A DNA stretch of 29,215 nucleotides, taken from NCBI GenBank assembly GCA_035606745.1, contig DATNET010000130.1, forward strand, positions 1-29,215. Direction: 5' to 3'. This document shows, one piece after another, positions 16,295 through 23,839 of the stretch. Both the position numbers and the translations under genes were made by a program. How positions within the stretch are numbered: the first letter of the stretch is position 1; every line of letters starts with the position of its first letter. Under the pieces are notes generated by a model that searched no databases, was not told where the DNA came from, and saw nothing but the letters and a program-made list of their open reading frames with translations. Source of the DNA: Tepidiformaceae bacterium (lineage in GTDB: Bacteria > Chloroflexota > Dehalococcoidia > Tepidiformales > Tepidiformaceae).

Positions 16295-16981
16295 CTAGAA
16301 CCGCCTTCCGTAGCCGTAGGTGCCGTAGTCCGGGATCAGTCGCAGCGATCCGCGTTCCGTGTCGTCGTTTCGGGCGAGCTTTTTCGCTTCTTCATACTGC
16401 CCGAACAGCAACGGAGCGCGCTGCGGAAGCATGGACATGGCCAGGTCTGCCGCGACTCCCAGTGTAAGGCAGCGAAGGTACTTCGCCATGAGCGAGGTCG
16501 TGTCAGTTCCGACGTTCAAGTCCGGCAAGAGAGTGATAATCGGAAGCGTCATCGTTGTCCACGACGAATCTGGAACCGGGTATAGGTACACATTGATCGT
16601 CGGCGTCTTCTCGACGTAGAACGCGGTCGGCTGGCCCGTGAAAGTCTTCACCGTGAGTGACATATATTGATCGCGGGAATACTCGGTCATCGGCACGTCG
16701 ATCCCGCCGCCGCTTACGTACGGGTGGCCCGTGTCAATGTCGAGCACGGAAGACGCCATCGCATAGATCGCCGTTCCAGCAACAAGCGAAATCGTCTGCT
16801 GCGTCAGCGTTCGGAGAATGATCCCCTCGGACTGCAATTCCTTCGTCCGCATGTTGATAAGATCTTTTGCGCCCGCGAGCTGATCGGTGTCGGGCTGAAT
16901 ATTCGGCCCAATGAGACCCGCATAGAAGTACGCATTCTTCGCGATGGCCTGGAGATTCAGATCGAAAGAGTAGGTCGTCAT
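16295..16981 (-). CDS. Head-tail adaptor (P22 gp4-like position)
   Basis: MTTYSFDLNLQAIAKNAYFYAG, ISLVAGTAIY, GQPTAFYV..INVYLYPVPD, CLTLGVAADLA and YEEAKKLA motifs. Confidence 0.8.
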   Translation of the reverse strand: MTTYSFDLNLQAIAKNAYFYAGLIGPNIQPDTDQLAGAKDLINMRTKELQSEGIILRTLTQQTISLVAGTAIYAMASSVLDIDTGHPYVSGGGIDVPMTEYSRDQYMSLTVKTFTGQPTAFYVEKTPTINVYLYPVPDSSWTTMTLPIITLLPDLNVGTDTTSLMAKYLRCLTLGVAADLAMSMLPQRAPLLFGQYEEAKKLARNDDTERGSLRLIPDYGTYGYGRRF

Positions 16982-18531
16982 GGATTTGAGTAGCGAAAGA
17001 CGTTTCCGTACTGCGCCGCGAACACCACGTCAGGGGTAGACTGGCCGGCGCTCGAATGCGGTTGCAGCGAAAGCCCAGCTCGCCCGAGAACGCCGAGAGA
17101 CCTAAGATCCAGATAGTAGGTCGACCACGGCACGCTGAGCGCGACTGCCGTTCGAGCAGTACGCAGGGTGTTGGCATTCGTAGCGCTCAGGACGGGCGCG
17201 AGAATGCCGAGTGACGCCAGGTCGTATAACGCGCCTGTTGCCTCGGTGAACGGAGCAGATGCCGTCAAGGCAGTAGCTGGTGCCGTCGCCGGGCTATACG
17301 TCCCCGTGATCCCGTCGAGCGTCTGTTGCGCCGTGTTCGTCGTCGGCGTCCTGTTCGCGGCGTTCGACGTTCCTGCGGCAAGCCACGCGAGCATGGCGGT
17401 AACCGTCGCGTCGGCCCCGTTTGCGGCGAAGCAGCCGGCCACGGCTCCCGCAATCGCCGATCCGGGTACGGTCGTCGGGGCTCCCCATGAACCGTTGCCG
17501 GTCCCTGTGCTCAGATATGCCACATACGTGGTCTTCGGCGCGGTCGCGGAAAGCCCCGGCGTGTTCGCGTCGCCGTGAGCCGAGTCCTTCGGTCCGGTTT
17601 CAGCGAACGTGGACAGCTCAGAAATCATCGTACTAAGCGCCGCCTGCGTCGAGGCGGTAAAGAACGAAGTTGAACTCGCGTCTCCGTACGTCGTCGACAG
17701 TCCAACCACCGACCCGAGTTCCTTGAAGAACACTGCCGCGTAGACGTCCGCCAGGTTGAACGTATTGGACTGGAATCCAGTCGAATCTGTCACAGACGAA
17801 GCGACGCCACCGACGTGATACGCGCTTCCACCGTTCGGGTAAACGGTGTGCTGCGTGACCTGGACATCGCCGCACTGGGCGTGCCGCAAGAACGTCGCGC
17901 AGCGGTTCGCCGCATTGAGATACTCGACGGTCCCGAGCGCAAAATACGCCTTCATGAAAGCGCGCCCGGCCGCGATGACCGTCGAGGCGACGTAGAAGCC
18001 TCCGGACAGAAACCCGCCGTAGCGCGGATCCTGCGCCGTTACGCTCGGGCCGGTCGGGCTGCCGCTCTGCTGCGTGAGTAGGTACGTCAGAAGCGAGGCG
18101 ATCTTGATCTTCGCCGAGGCCACCCAGCTTGCCGGTCTCGTCGTCAAGGAGGTTGTCGCGTTCTGAGTCACCACGTCGGACAGGTACGCAACGGCCCATG
18201 CGGCAGCAAGGGGATCGTTCGCCCCTCCGGTATTGCGCGCCGGTGCTGTCGACAGAATGAAGTCGAACAAGATTCCTTCCTCTGCAATGTAGTTGTAGAG
18301 GTTTTCGATCAGGAGCGGCTTCGGATTTGGAACGGGAAGAATTCGGAACGGGCGCTGGCGGGCAATCGCCTCGTTCTCTTCCTCGATGATCCGCGTTCCC
18401 TTGCCTTCGCAGTCGTCGCAGAAAATCCAGTTCCGGCGGCGGCGAAGCTGGGAACGATTGTACAGGTTGCCGCACTGGTCACAGACGCGCCGGAAGTCCC
18501 GAGGGACGTAGGTGGTCGTCGTGTCGCCCAA
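16978..18531 (-). CDS. CxxC..CxxC zinc-finger phage protein fused to a long alpha-helical, possibly (alpha/alpha) barrel domain (517 aa)
   Basis: TTG start with GGAGG; RVCDQCG..WIFCDDC..ILPVPNPKP N-terminus; DPRYGGF and EYLNAANRCATFL helical-repeat motifs. Confidence 0.7.
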   Translation of the reverse strand: MGDTTTTYVPRDFRRVCDQCGNLYNRSQLRRRRNWIFCDDCEGKGTRIIEEENEAIARQRPFRILPVPNPKPLLIENLYNYIAEEGILFDFILSTAPARNTGGANDPLAAAWAVAYLSDVVTQNATTSLTTRPASWVASAKIKIASLLTYLLTQQSGSPTGPSVTAQDPRYGGFLSGGFYVASTVIAAGRAFMKAYFALGTVEYLNAANRCATFLRHAQCGDVQVTQHTVYPNGGSAYHVGGVASSVTDSTGFQSNTFNLADVYAAVFFKELGSVVGLSTTYGDASSTSFFTASTQAALSTMISELSTFAETGPKDSAHGDANTPGLSATAPKTTYVAYLSTGTGNGSWGAPTTVPGSAIAGAVAGCFAANGADATVTAMLAWLAAGTSNAANRTPTTNTAQQTLDGITGTYSPATAPATALTASAPFTEATGALYDLASLGILAPVLSATNANTLRTARTAVALSVPWSTYYLDLRSLGVLGRAGLSLQPHSSAGQSTPDVVFAAQYGNVFRYSNP

Positions 18532-18550
18532 GTGCGGCCTCCGGTTCGAG

Positions 18551-18580
18551 GCCGGGCCGCCCCCGAAGATACGGCCCGGC
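18551..18580. other. Intergenic GC-rich inverted repeat (9-bp perfect stem)
   Basis: GCCGGGCCG (18551-18559) / CGGCCCGGC (18572-18580), 12-nt loop; no U-tract in the coding direction. Confidence 0.75.
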
Positions 18581-18586
18581 GATTTG

Positions 18587-19525
18587 TTACGAGCTGGCGC
18601 TTCCGATCAGAATGCCGGTAACCGCGCCGCCCGCGCACCCGAAGTTCTGGGTGAGTTGGAGCGATCCGAGCGTGCCGAATGCGGTGGCACCGCCCGTGGC
18701 GTTCGTGATGTATCCGGTGTTGTACTCGACGAACCCGGTCGCGGCCGTGATGCCGACAAAGCACTTGGTCGAACTGGTGATCGAGTTGTTGAAGATGTTG
18801 TTCCGGATCACGATGTTCGTGGGCGCCACCGTCATCGTGCAGACGCCGGCCGTGGTGGCCGACATTCCCACGTTGATGTTGTTCCACTTGATCTTGCCTT
18901 GATCGAGCGCGGCGACGATCTTGAGACACGCCACGACGGCGGCATCGGCCGGGGCAAAGACAATGTTGCCTTCGTCCTCGGTGTCACCCCCGAACGTGAA
19001 CTTGCCCGCGCCCGTGCCGTACTCGCATGCGATCGTGGCGACCTGTGTTCCGCCAGCCGCACCGGCGATGACGCGACACCCGGAGATCGTGCTACTCGCC
19101 CCGGTCACGACGATTGCCTTTGTGGTTGCCGTCGCCGCAGTTCCGGCAAGATTGAGAATCAAGTTCGCAATCTTGACGTTCGCGACGTTGATCGCCCACT
19201 GAGAGGTGGTCGCCGTCCAGGTGAACGTGCCGCGCTCGTCTCCGGTTCCCACTCCGACAATCGTTACGCCGGCCTTGAACGTTGGCGTGGTCGTAACGTT
19301 CTCAGCGTGGCCAGGAAGAACGATCACGGTCCATCCCTGATTTGCCTGGCACACGTTCAGCGCGGCATCGAGCGTCGTGTAGAGCCTGCTCGCGATGTCG
19401 TCCTGAATGCCGTTTTGGACGCCGAGAGAGCAGACGTACACGACGTCCCCTCCGTTCGGCGCCACGATCCACGGAGGGAGCGCAAACGGATTCTTGAACG
19501 AACTTGTACGGTTGATGTGACCCAT
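18587..19525 (-). CDS. Right-handed beta-helix (pectin-lyase-like) protein following the major capsid gene (312 aa)
   Basis: YTTLDAALNVC..TVIVLPGHAE, GVTIVGVG and Asn-ladder repeats NIVIRNNIFNN; TAAGGAG RBS. Confidence 0.75.
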   Translation of the reverse strand: MGHINRTSSFKNPFALPPWIVAPNGGDVVYVCSLGVQNGIQDDIASRLYTTLDAALNVCQANQGWTVIVLPGHAENVTTTPTFKAGVTIVGVGTGDERGTFTWTATTSQWAINVANVKIANLILNLAGTAATATTKAIVVTGASSTISGCRVIAGAAGGTQVATIACEYGTGAGKFTFGGDTEDEGNIVFAPADAAVVACLKIVAALDQGKIKWNNINVGMSATTAGVCTMTVAPTNIVIRNNIFNNSITSSTKCFVGITAATGFVEYNTGYITNATGGATAFGTLGSLQLTQNFGCAGGAVTGILIGSASS

Positions 19526-19534
19526 GGCCGCTCC

Positions 19535-20446
19535 TTACGAGTTCGACCCGTACACGTCGCGCGGATTCGTCCAGCCAGCGGAGAACCGCTCGATGGCCGA
19601 GTACGTGCAGGTGTAGTTGTCTTCGGTGTTGTGCTCGCGGAACATCGGCTTTTTGCGCCAAATGACGCGGATGCCGGCCTTGATGTCGGACACGAGCCAC
19701 CAGTTCGTGGTGCTCGTCAGGTACGGCGACGCTTCCTCGGCGACCTCGATACCCATGCCCTTGAGCACGTTGATCGCGTTGTTGTTCGTGTCGTTCTGCT
19801 TCTCCGACTTGAGGATGCGCATCGCCCGGTAGAGCAACTGAACGGGGACCACGATGCGCTTTGGCCGATATCCGTTGACGATGTAGCCGTTCGAGTCCGG
19901 GAGCTGCGCCATGTTCGCGCGGGCGGTCTCGATTGCCGTTTCCGACAGCGAGAGCGCGTTCGTGAACATGTTGGAGTACGTGCCGCCCTTCGGGAGAAGG
20001 TGGGCCGTGTTGCAGAGCGACAGCGCATCGGCGCCGACGAACGAAGACGAGAAGGAGTTGATGAAGATCGAATTGATCACATACTCCTGAGTGAGATTGA
20101 GCGAATTGCTCAGATTCTCCGTACCGTTGATCGCCTCGTCGTACTTGCAGTCATCGATCGCTTCCTCCGAAAGAGTGAACCGGAGGCCATAGGTGACGTG
20201 CGTGTACCGCTTGGCGAAGCCCTGCTGAATGGTGTCGAACTGGAGCATCGCGCCCTGCGCCTTCGCAGGCGCCGGCCCGAGGCCGGCGAACTCCTGATCG
20301 TCTTCGAAGGCGTCCGTTGAATTGGACACCTTGAAGCCCATGTCCTTCCAAAAGAGCTTCTTTTTCTGCTCTTGGCCCCACACCAAGTCGAGGGTCGGCT
20401 TGAGTGTGGACGGGATATTTGAGGTGGTGAGAATTGGCGTAGCCAT
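19535..20446 (-). CDS. Major capsid protein (Mu gpT-like HK97-fold family, 303 aa)
   Basis: FEDDQEFAGLGPAPAKAQGA..RYTHVTYGLRFTLSEEAIDD, LSETAIETA, PKRIVVP, NDTNNNAINVL, YLTSTTNWWL, ERFSAGWTNPR. Confidence 0.92.
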   Translation of the reverse strand: MATPILTTSNIPSTLKPTLDLVWGQEQKKKLFWKDMGFKVSNSTDAFEDDQEFAGLGPAPAKAQGAMLQFDTIQQGFAKRYTHVTYGLRFTLSEEAIDDCKYDEAINGTENLSNSLNLTQEYVINSIFINSFSSSFVGADALSLCNTAHLLPKGGTYSNMFTNALSLSETAIETARANMAQLPDSNGYIVNGYRPKRIVVPVQLLYRAMRILKSEKQNDTNNNAINVLKGMGIEVAEEASPYLTSTTNWWLVSDIKAGIRVIWRKKPMFREHNTEDNYTCTYSAIERFSAGWTNPRDVYGSNS

Positions 20447-20455
20447 GATCGCTCC

Positions 20456-21112
20456 TTAGGTTCCCGAGGTGGTGTAGGGAGGAAGCCAGCCCTGGTTGAG
20501 AGTCACCAGGGCCTTGCAGTGAGAGAGCGTCGGATCGCCCATGCCCGCCTGAGTGATGTCGAGCCCGTTCTCTAGCGAGTAGCCGGGGACCCCGATGATT
20601 CGGAACTGCGCGGCGGTCGTAGCGTGCGAGCTGTCGTCCAGGAACATGCAGGAATTTCCGATCGTGGTGCTCGGCGTGCCCGTGATAACGAGGTTGCAGT
20701 TCTCACCCATCAAGCCAAGACGGCCGGCAACCGTGTTCGAAGTCGTCCCATTCAGGTCGACCTCCCAGATAACGTCAGCCGTACCGGGAATGTACGAAAC
20801 GAGCGATTCGTTCGGGCTGCCGACCGTGGTCGGAGAGAACGTAGTGCTCGCCGGAATGAAATCGCTCATCGTGCGACGACCCGTGAAAGCGCCGCCGGCC
20901 TGGATGAACGAGCAGGCATTGATGACCCCGAGAAGAATCGTGCTGTTGGCGGCAGCCTGAGCCACCGTGCCGTCGCTTACCGGAATGATCCAGTCGCCCT
21001 TGTTGAGCTGGGTTCCGTAGTTATTCGCCACGGGGCGAATGAGCGGAGTCGGCAGCGGACCCCCTGAAAGAGTTCCGACGGCTCGAAAGCCGCCAATAGT
21101 GACGTTTGCCAT
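20456..21112 (-). CDS. Capsid cement/decoration protein (218 aa)
   Basis: MAN..GFRAVG..LNKGDWIIP..GVINAC..DVIWEVD pattern directly upstream of the major capsid gene. Confidence 0.7.
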   Translation of the reverse strand: MANVTIGGFRAVGTLSGGPLPTPLIRPVANNYGTQLNKGDWIIPVSDGTVAQAAANSTILLGVINACSFIQAGGAFTGRRTMSDFIPASTTFSPTTVGSPNESLVSYIPGTADVIWEVDLNGTTSNTVAGRLGLMGENCNLVITGTPSTTIGNSCMFLDDSSHATTAAQFRIIGVPGYSLENGLDITQAGMGDPTLSHCKALVTLNQGWLPPYTTSGT

Positions 21113-21115
21113 GAT

Positions 21116-21550
21116 TTATCGAGCCTCCTCAGACGCGGTGACGTTGAAACGGTTGCGGTAGCCGGGGTCCTTCGAATAGGACAGATATCGGGTGTCGTCC
21201 TGCGACGGGTCCTTGATCTTCGCCTGCGTCGCCTTGAGGACGCGGTTATGGCGTTCCTCGGCGGCGTGCTGGATCGCCTCGCCGCGCTCCTTGTCGATTT
21301 CCATCAACGTGAGCTGGTTGTTGACGCGGTAGCCGGGGCCGTGATCGGCGATGCCGTCGTACCACTTGGCCGGGCGGGGGCCATTGGCGCTGCGCTCGGT
21401 GCGCGCGTAGCCGCGCCCAAAGGCGGTCGGCATGTCCTCATCCGAGACGTACCAATACTTCTTGGACGGGTCGGCGTTGAGAACTTGGTCGTACTGCGGG
21501 TCAGAGAGGATGTTCGTGTCGGTCGGGTCGGGTCGCTTGCGCCGTGCCAT
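21116..21550 (-). CDS. Conserved capsid-operon hypothetical protein (144 aa)
   Basis: KKYWYVS..GRGY..LTLMEIDKE pattern typical of the gene between scaffold and cement; GGAGA 4 nt before the ATG at 21550. Confidence 0.7.
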   Translation of the reverse strand: MARRKRPDPTDTNILSDPQYDQVLNADPSKKYWYVSDEDMPTAFGRGYARTERSANGPRPAKWYDGIADHGPGYRVNNQLTLMEIDKERGEAIQHAAEERHNRVLKATQAKIKDPSQDDTRYLSYSKDPGYRNRFNVTASEEAR

Positions 21551-22035
21551 GGGATCTCCGAATGGCTTCGTTTCACCGTTCCTCGCGATGCCATTCGCGA
21601 GAGGCGTCAACGGACCACCGGACCCCGAACTACCGGGCGGCGCTGCTTACTTCGAAACCGTACCCGACCCGCAGTAAGATCGGAGGCTAGCTACCAGTAT
21701 GCACGAGCTACGTAATGACGCAAACGTTTTCTGTGGATGAGCGAACTACCCGCCAGTACGGCTGGCGGTCCCCGTGCGCTCCGTCGATTTCAGCGCTACG
21801 CCGCGCTGGAGTTCAGACCTGGGTGGCGACGGTTCCCCTTTGCGCCGAGATGGAGCGGCGCGAAGATTAGGTTCTATGTCGGCGCCCCGGCGTACGGGCA
21901 ACGCATGCGGGCGCCGACAACCCGGAGTCGTACAGCCCCGAAGGGCCGTTCCCCGGTGGGCTCGTCTCTCCCGCGTGGCTGGCCATGTCACAGCCCTTTG
22001 GACTCGCGGCCCGATCGAGACGCTCTCCCTCAATC
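21551..22035 (-). ncRNA. Candidate structured non-coding RNA / long regulatory leader (485 nt)
   Basis: No credible ORF in an otherwise gap-free operon; at least 8 stems found by eye, including an 11-bp perfect stem and a C(UUCG)G hairpin; no family assigned; strand not certain. Confidence 0.55.
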
Positions 22036-22959
22036 TTACCGACCGGCCTTGGCCTGGCGACGAGCTTCGGGAGCGCCGACCTCGCGCGCCCACTTCTTCT
22101 CGGCTTCCGCCGGATCGAGACCGGGGTACAACTTGTGGGCCATCGTCTTCTCGGCCTTGCCCATTCGAACGGTCACGGGACCTTCGCCGCCGCCTTCGCC
22201 TTCGCCGCCGCCGGGGGCCTGGTAAGCGGCACGGGAGCGCTCGGATGGGGGAGTATTGATCTTGAGGTTGAGATCGCGCTGAACCTCGGCTGCGACAACT
22301 CGGGCCATCTCATACGAGAACTGCTGACCGGAACGCATGCGGCGATCGACCTCTGCGTCGGTCGCGTCCAGAGCGCGCTTGTTCGTTGTGAGCCACGGAA
22401 ACTCGCGCTGGAGACTATCGCGGGCCTGGAGGAGCTGCGGAGTCATCGCCATCGGCTGCTGCCGCTGGAACTGCTGGAACCGCTGATCGATGTCGGGTTC
22501 CATCTCAGCGCGGAATTCCAGCTTGGCGATCTCGCGCTGCTTGGCGTTGTACGCGCGCATCTCGGCCTTGGCGCGTTCCTGGTCCTTCGCAGCGGCGGCC
22601 ATCCCGGCGTTCGCGAGATGACGATCGGCTTCGTCTTCCAGAGAGGCGATCTTGGTCTTGCGCGCGGCGGCGGGATCGTCCTGGTTGCGCTGGCCGAGAG
22701 CGGCGGCGTAACCACGGGTCTCGGCGAGATCGCGCTCGATGCGAGCAACCCGCTCCTCGGCGAGACGGGCACGCTCATCGGCTTGACGACGGGCCTCTTT
22801 CTCGTCGCGCAGGGTCGCCTGACGGCGATCTTTCCGGGACTGCTTCTGCTCCTCGGTCTCGGCCGGCTTGTCGGTCGGAGTTTCGACGTCATCCGGATCA
22901 ACCGTTACGCCCTCGGTCTTCTCTTCAACCTTCGGCTCGTCGTCATTCTCGGGAACCAT
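22036..22959 (-). CDS. Capsid scaffolding protein (307 aa)
   Basis: Acidic N-terminus, long coiled coil, FPWL motif and C-terminal KAEKTMAHKLYPG helix; position between portal module and capsid genes. Confidence 0.75.
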   Translation of the reverse strand: MVPENDDEPKVEEKTEGVTVDPDDVETPTDKPAETEEQKQSRKDRRQATLRDEKEARRQADERARLAEERVARIERDLAETRGYAAALGQRNQDDPAAARKTKIASLEDEADRHLANAGMAAAAKDQERAKAEMRAYNAKQREIAKLEFRAEMEPDIDQRFQQFQRQQPMAMTPQLLQARDSLQREFPWLTTNKRALDATDAEVDRRMRSGQQFSYEMARVVAAEVQRDLNLKINTPPSERSRAAYQAPGGGEGEGGGEGPVTVRMGKAEKTMAHKLYPGLDPAEAEKKWAREVGAPEARRQAKAGR

Positions 22960-23397
22960 TTACTTGCCTTTCTTCTTGGGGACGTAGAAGTGTTGCCCGG
23001 TAGGTTCGCCCTCTACCGCAAGCTCCTTGATGTCGTATCCCTTCAACCGTTCAAGGGCATCCACGGAGATTTGCACGTCTTCGACCTTCATCGCCGTGAT
23101 CTGCTCGGCCTTCTGCGCGGCCTCGCGCCGAACGGTGCGGTTGGTTCCGGCAAAGCGGCCGAACCAAATGACGTCGCCGATTTCGATCAGCGCCGCCTTG
23201 AGGATGTCGATCGCACCGAGGCCGGCAGCGAGCAACACGCCGATCTCCTGCTCGCCCTGATCGGTTTCGGGAATGTAGAGGCCGCCTGCCGTCCGTTCGA
23301 CCGGCGGAATGCGGAACACGAGGATTGTCTTACCCATCGGAAGACCCGGAATCGGCGGGATTCCGTACTGCTTCATTCGTTCGTCAAGCTTGCTCAT
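22960..23397 (-). CDS. groES: GroES/Cpn10-like co-chaperonin (145 aa)
   Basis: PMGKTILV..ERTAGGLYIPET..GVLLAAGLG..IEIGDVIWFGRFAG. Confidence 0.85.
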   Translation of the reverse strand: MSKLDERMKQYGIPPIPGLPMGKTILVFRIPPVERTAGGLYIPETDQGEQEIGVLLAAGLGAIDILKAALIEIGDVIWFGRFAGTNRTVRREAAQKAEQITAMKVEDVQISVDALERLKGYDIKELAVEGEPTGQHFYVPKKKGK

Positions 23398-23630
23398 TTC
23401 TTCTCCGGTTTGCGTTCCAGCATCGAAGTGATGCCATCGATAAAGTCAATCACTCCTGAGTATCGGGCGACCTCATTTGTCGTTACCATCGCGCGGCGCC
23501 CTGCATTCACGAGCATGTGAATGTTGTTCGCTTTCGCTTCGGCCAAGAACGCAACGAAGTCCTGCGCGATGTCGCTTTCTTCCAGCCACGCGCGAATCTC
23601 CTCGGGTTTGCGCTCCTCAAACTTACTCAC
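23394..23630 (-). CDS. Small helical head-module protein (78 aa)
   Basis: AAGGAG RBS; YSGVIDFIDGITSMLE; ATGA overlap with the GroES-like gene. Confidence 0.65.
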   Translation of the reverse strand: MSKFEERKPEEIRAWLEESDIAQDFVAFLAEAKANNIHMLVNAGRRAMVTTNEVARYSGVIDFIDGITSMLERKPEKK

Positions 23631-23793
23631 TCGGACGCTCCTTCTTGCCGCCCTTGCTACCAGCCGCCTTCGCCTGCTCCGGTGTCCAGCGATGCGCTTT
23701 CCCGCTGGCCTGCGCCGCGAGGCCGCCCTTACTCGCGACGGCGGTTCGCTCCTTCGGGCTCAGGTTCGCGAACCCGCGTTTCTGGGGACTCAT
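23623..23793 (-). CDS. KGG-domain general stress protein (YciG/GsiB/Con-10-like, 56 aa), absent from the supplied ORF track
   Basis: MSPQKRGFANLSPKERTAVASKGGLAAQASGKAHRWTPEQAKAAGSKGGKKERPSE; two KGG motifs with the RGFA..SKGG..AH.W/F..E.A..AG.KGG consensus. Confidence 0.85.
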   Translation of the reverse strand: MSPQKRGFANLSPKERTAVASKGGLAAQASGKAHRWTPEQAKAAGSKGGKKERPSE

Positions 23794-23804
23794 CGCTGAA
23801 CAGT

Positions 23805-23833
23805 AGCCTAAACAATAAGCCCAGCCGTGTCAA
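23805..23833 (-). promoter_or_regulatory. Internal sigma70-type promoter upstream of the KGG gene
   Basis: TTGACA (23833-23828), 17-nt spacer, TAGGCT (23810-23805), in the only AT-richer gap; ATG 11 nt downstream. Confidence 0.6.
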
Positions 23834-23839
23834 AGAGTC

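Noticed and set aside
18512-20320. Long plus-strand ORFs (602 aa here; also 21985-23520, 12781-14118, 10566-11423, 25760-26563)
   Set aside because: Antisense shadows of clear phage genes in high-GC DNA; Arg/Gly/Val-rich with no motifs or RBS
18587-21550. Four consecutive capsid-operon genes in one frame separated only by TAA, suggesting read-through fusions
   Set aside because: All stops are TAA, each downstream gene has its own RBS, and spacing is explained by the TAAGGAG-N-ATG layout; chance about 1 in 27
21559-21660. HDV-like ribozyme on the plus strand (GAAUGGC/GCCAUUC as P1, UUCCUCG as L3)
   Set aside because: P3 has a C-A mismatch and an extra U, no GG for P1.1, and P2/J4-2 do not fit; the same complementarity is better explained by the minus-strand RBS switch
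22190-22220. Short CCTTCGCCG tandem repeats
   Set aside because: Encode the GGGEGEGGGEG linker of the scaffold; ordinary low-complexity coding sequence
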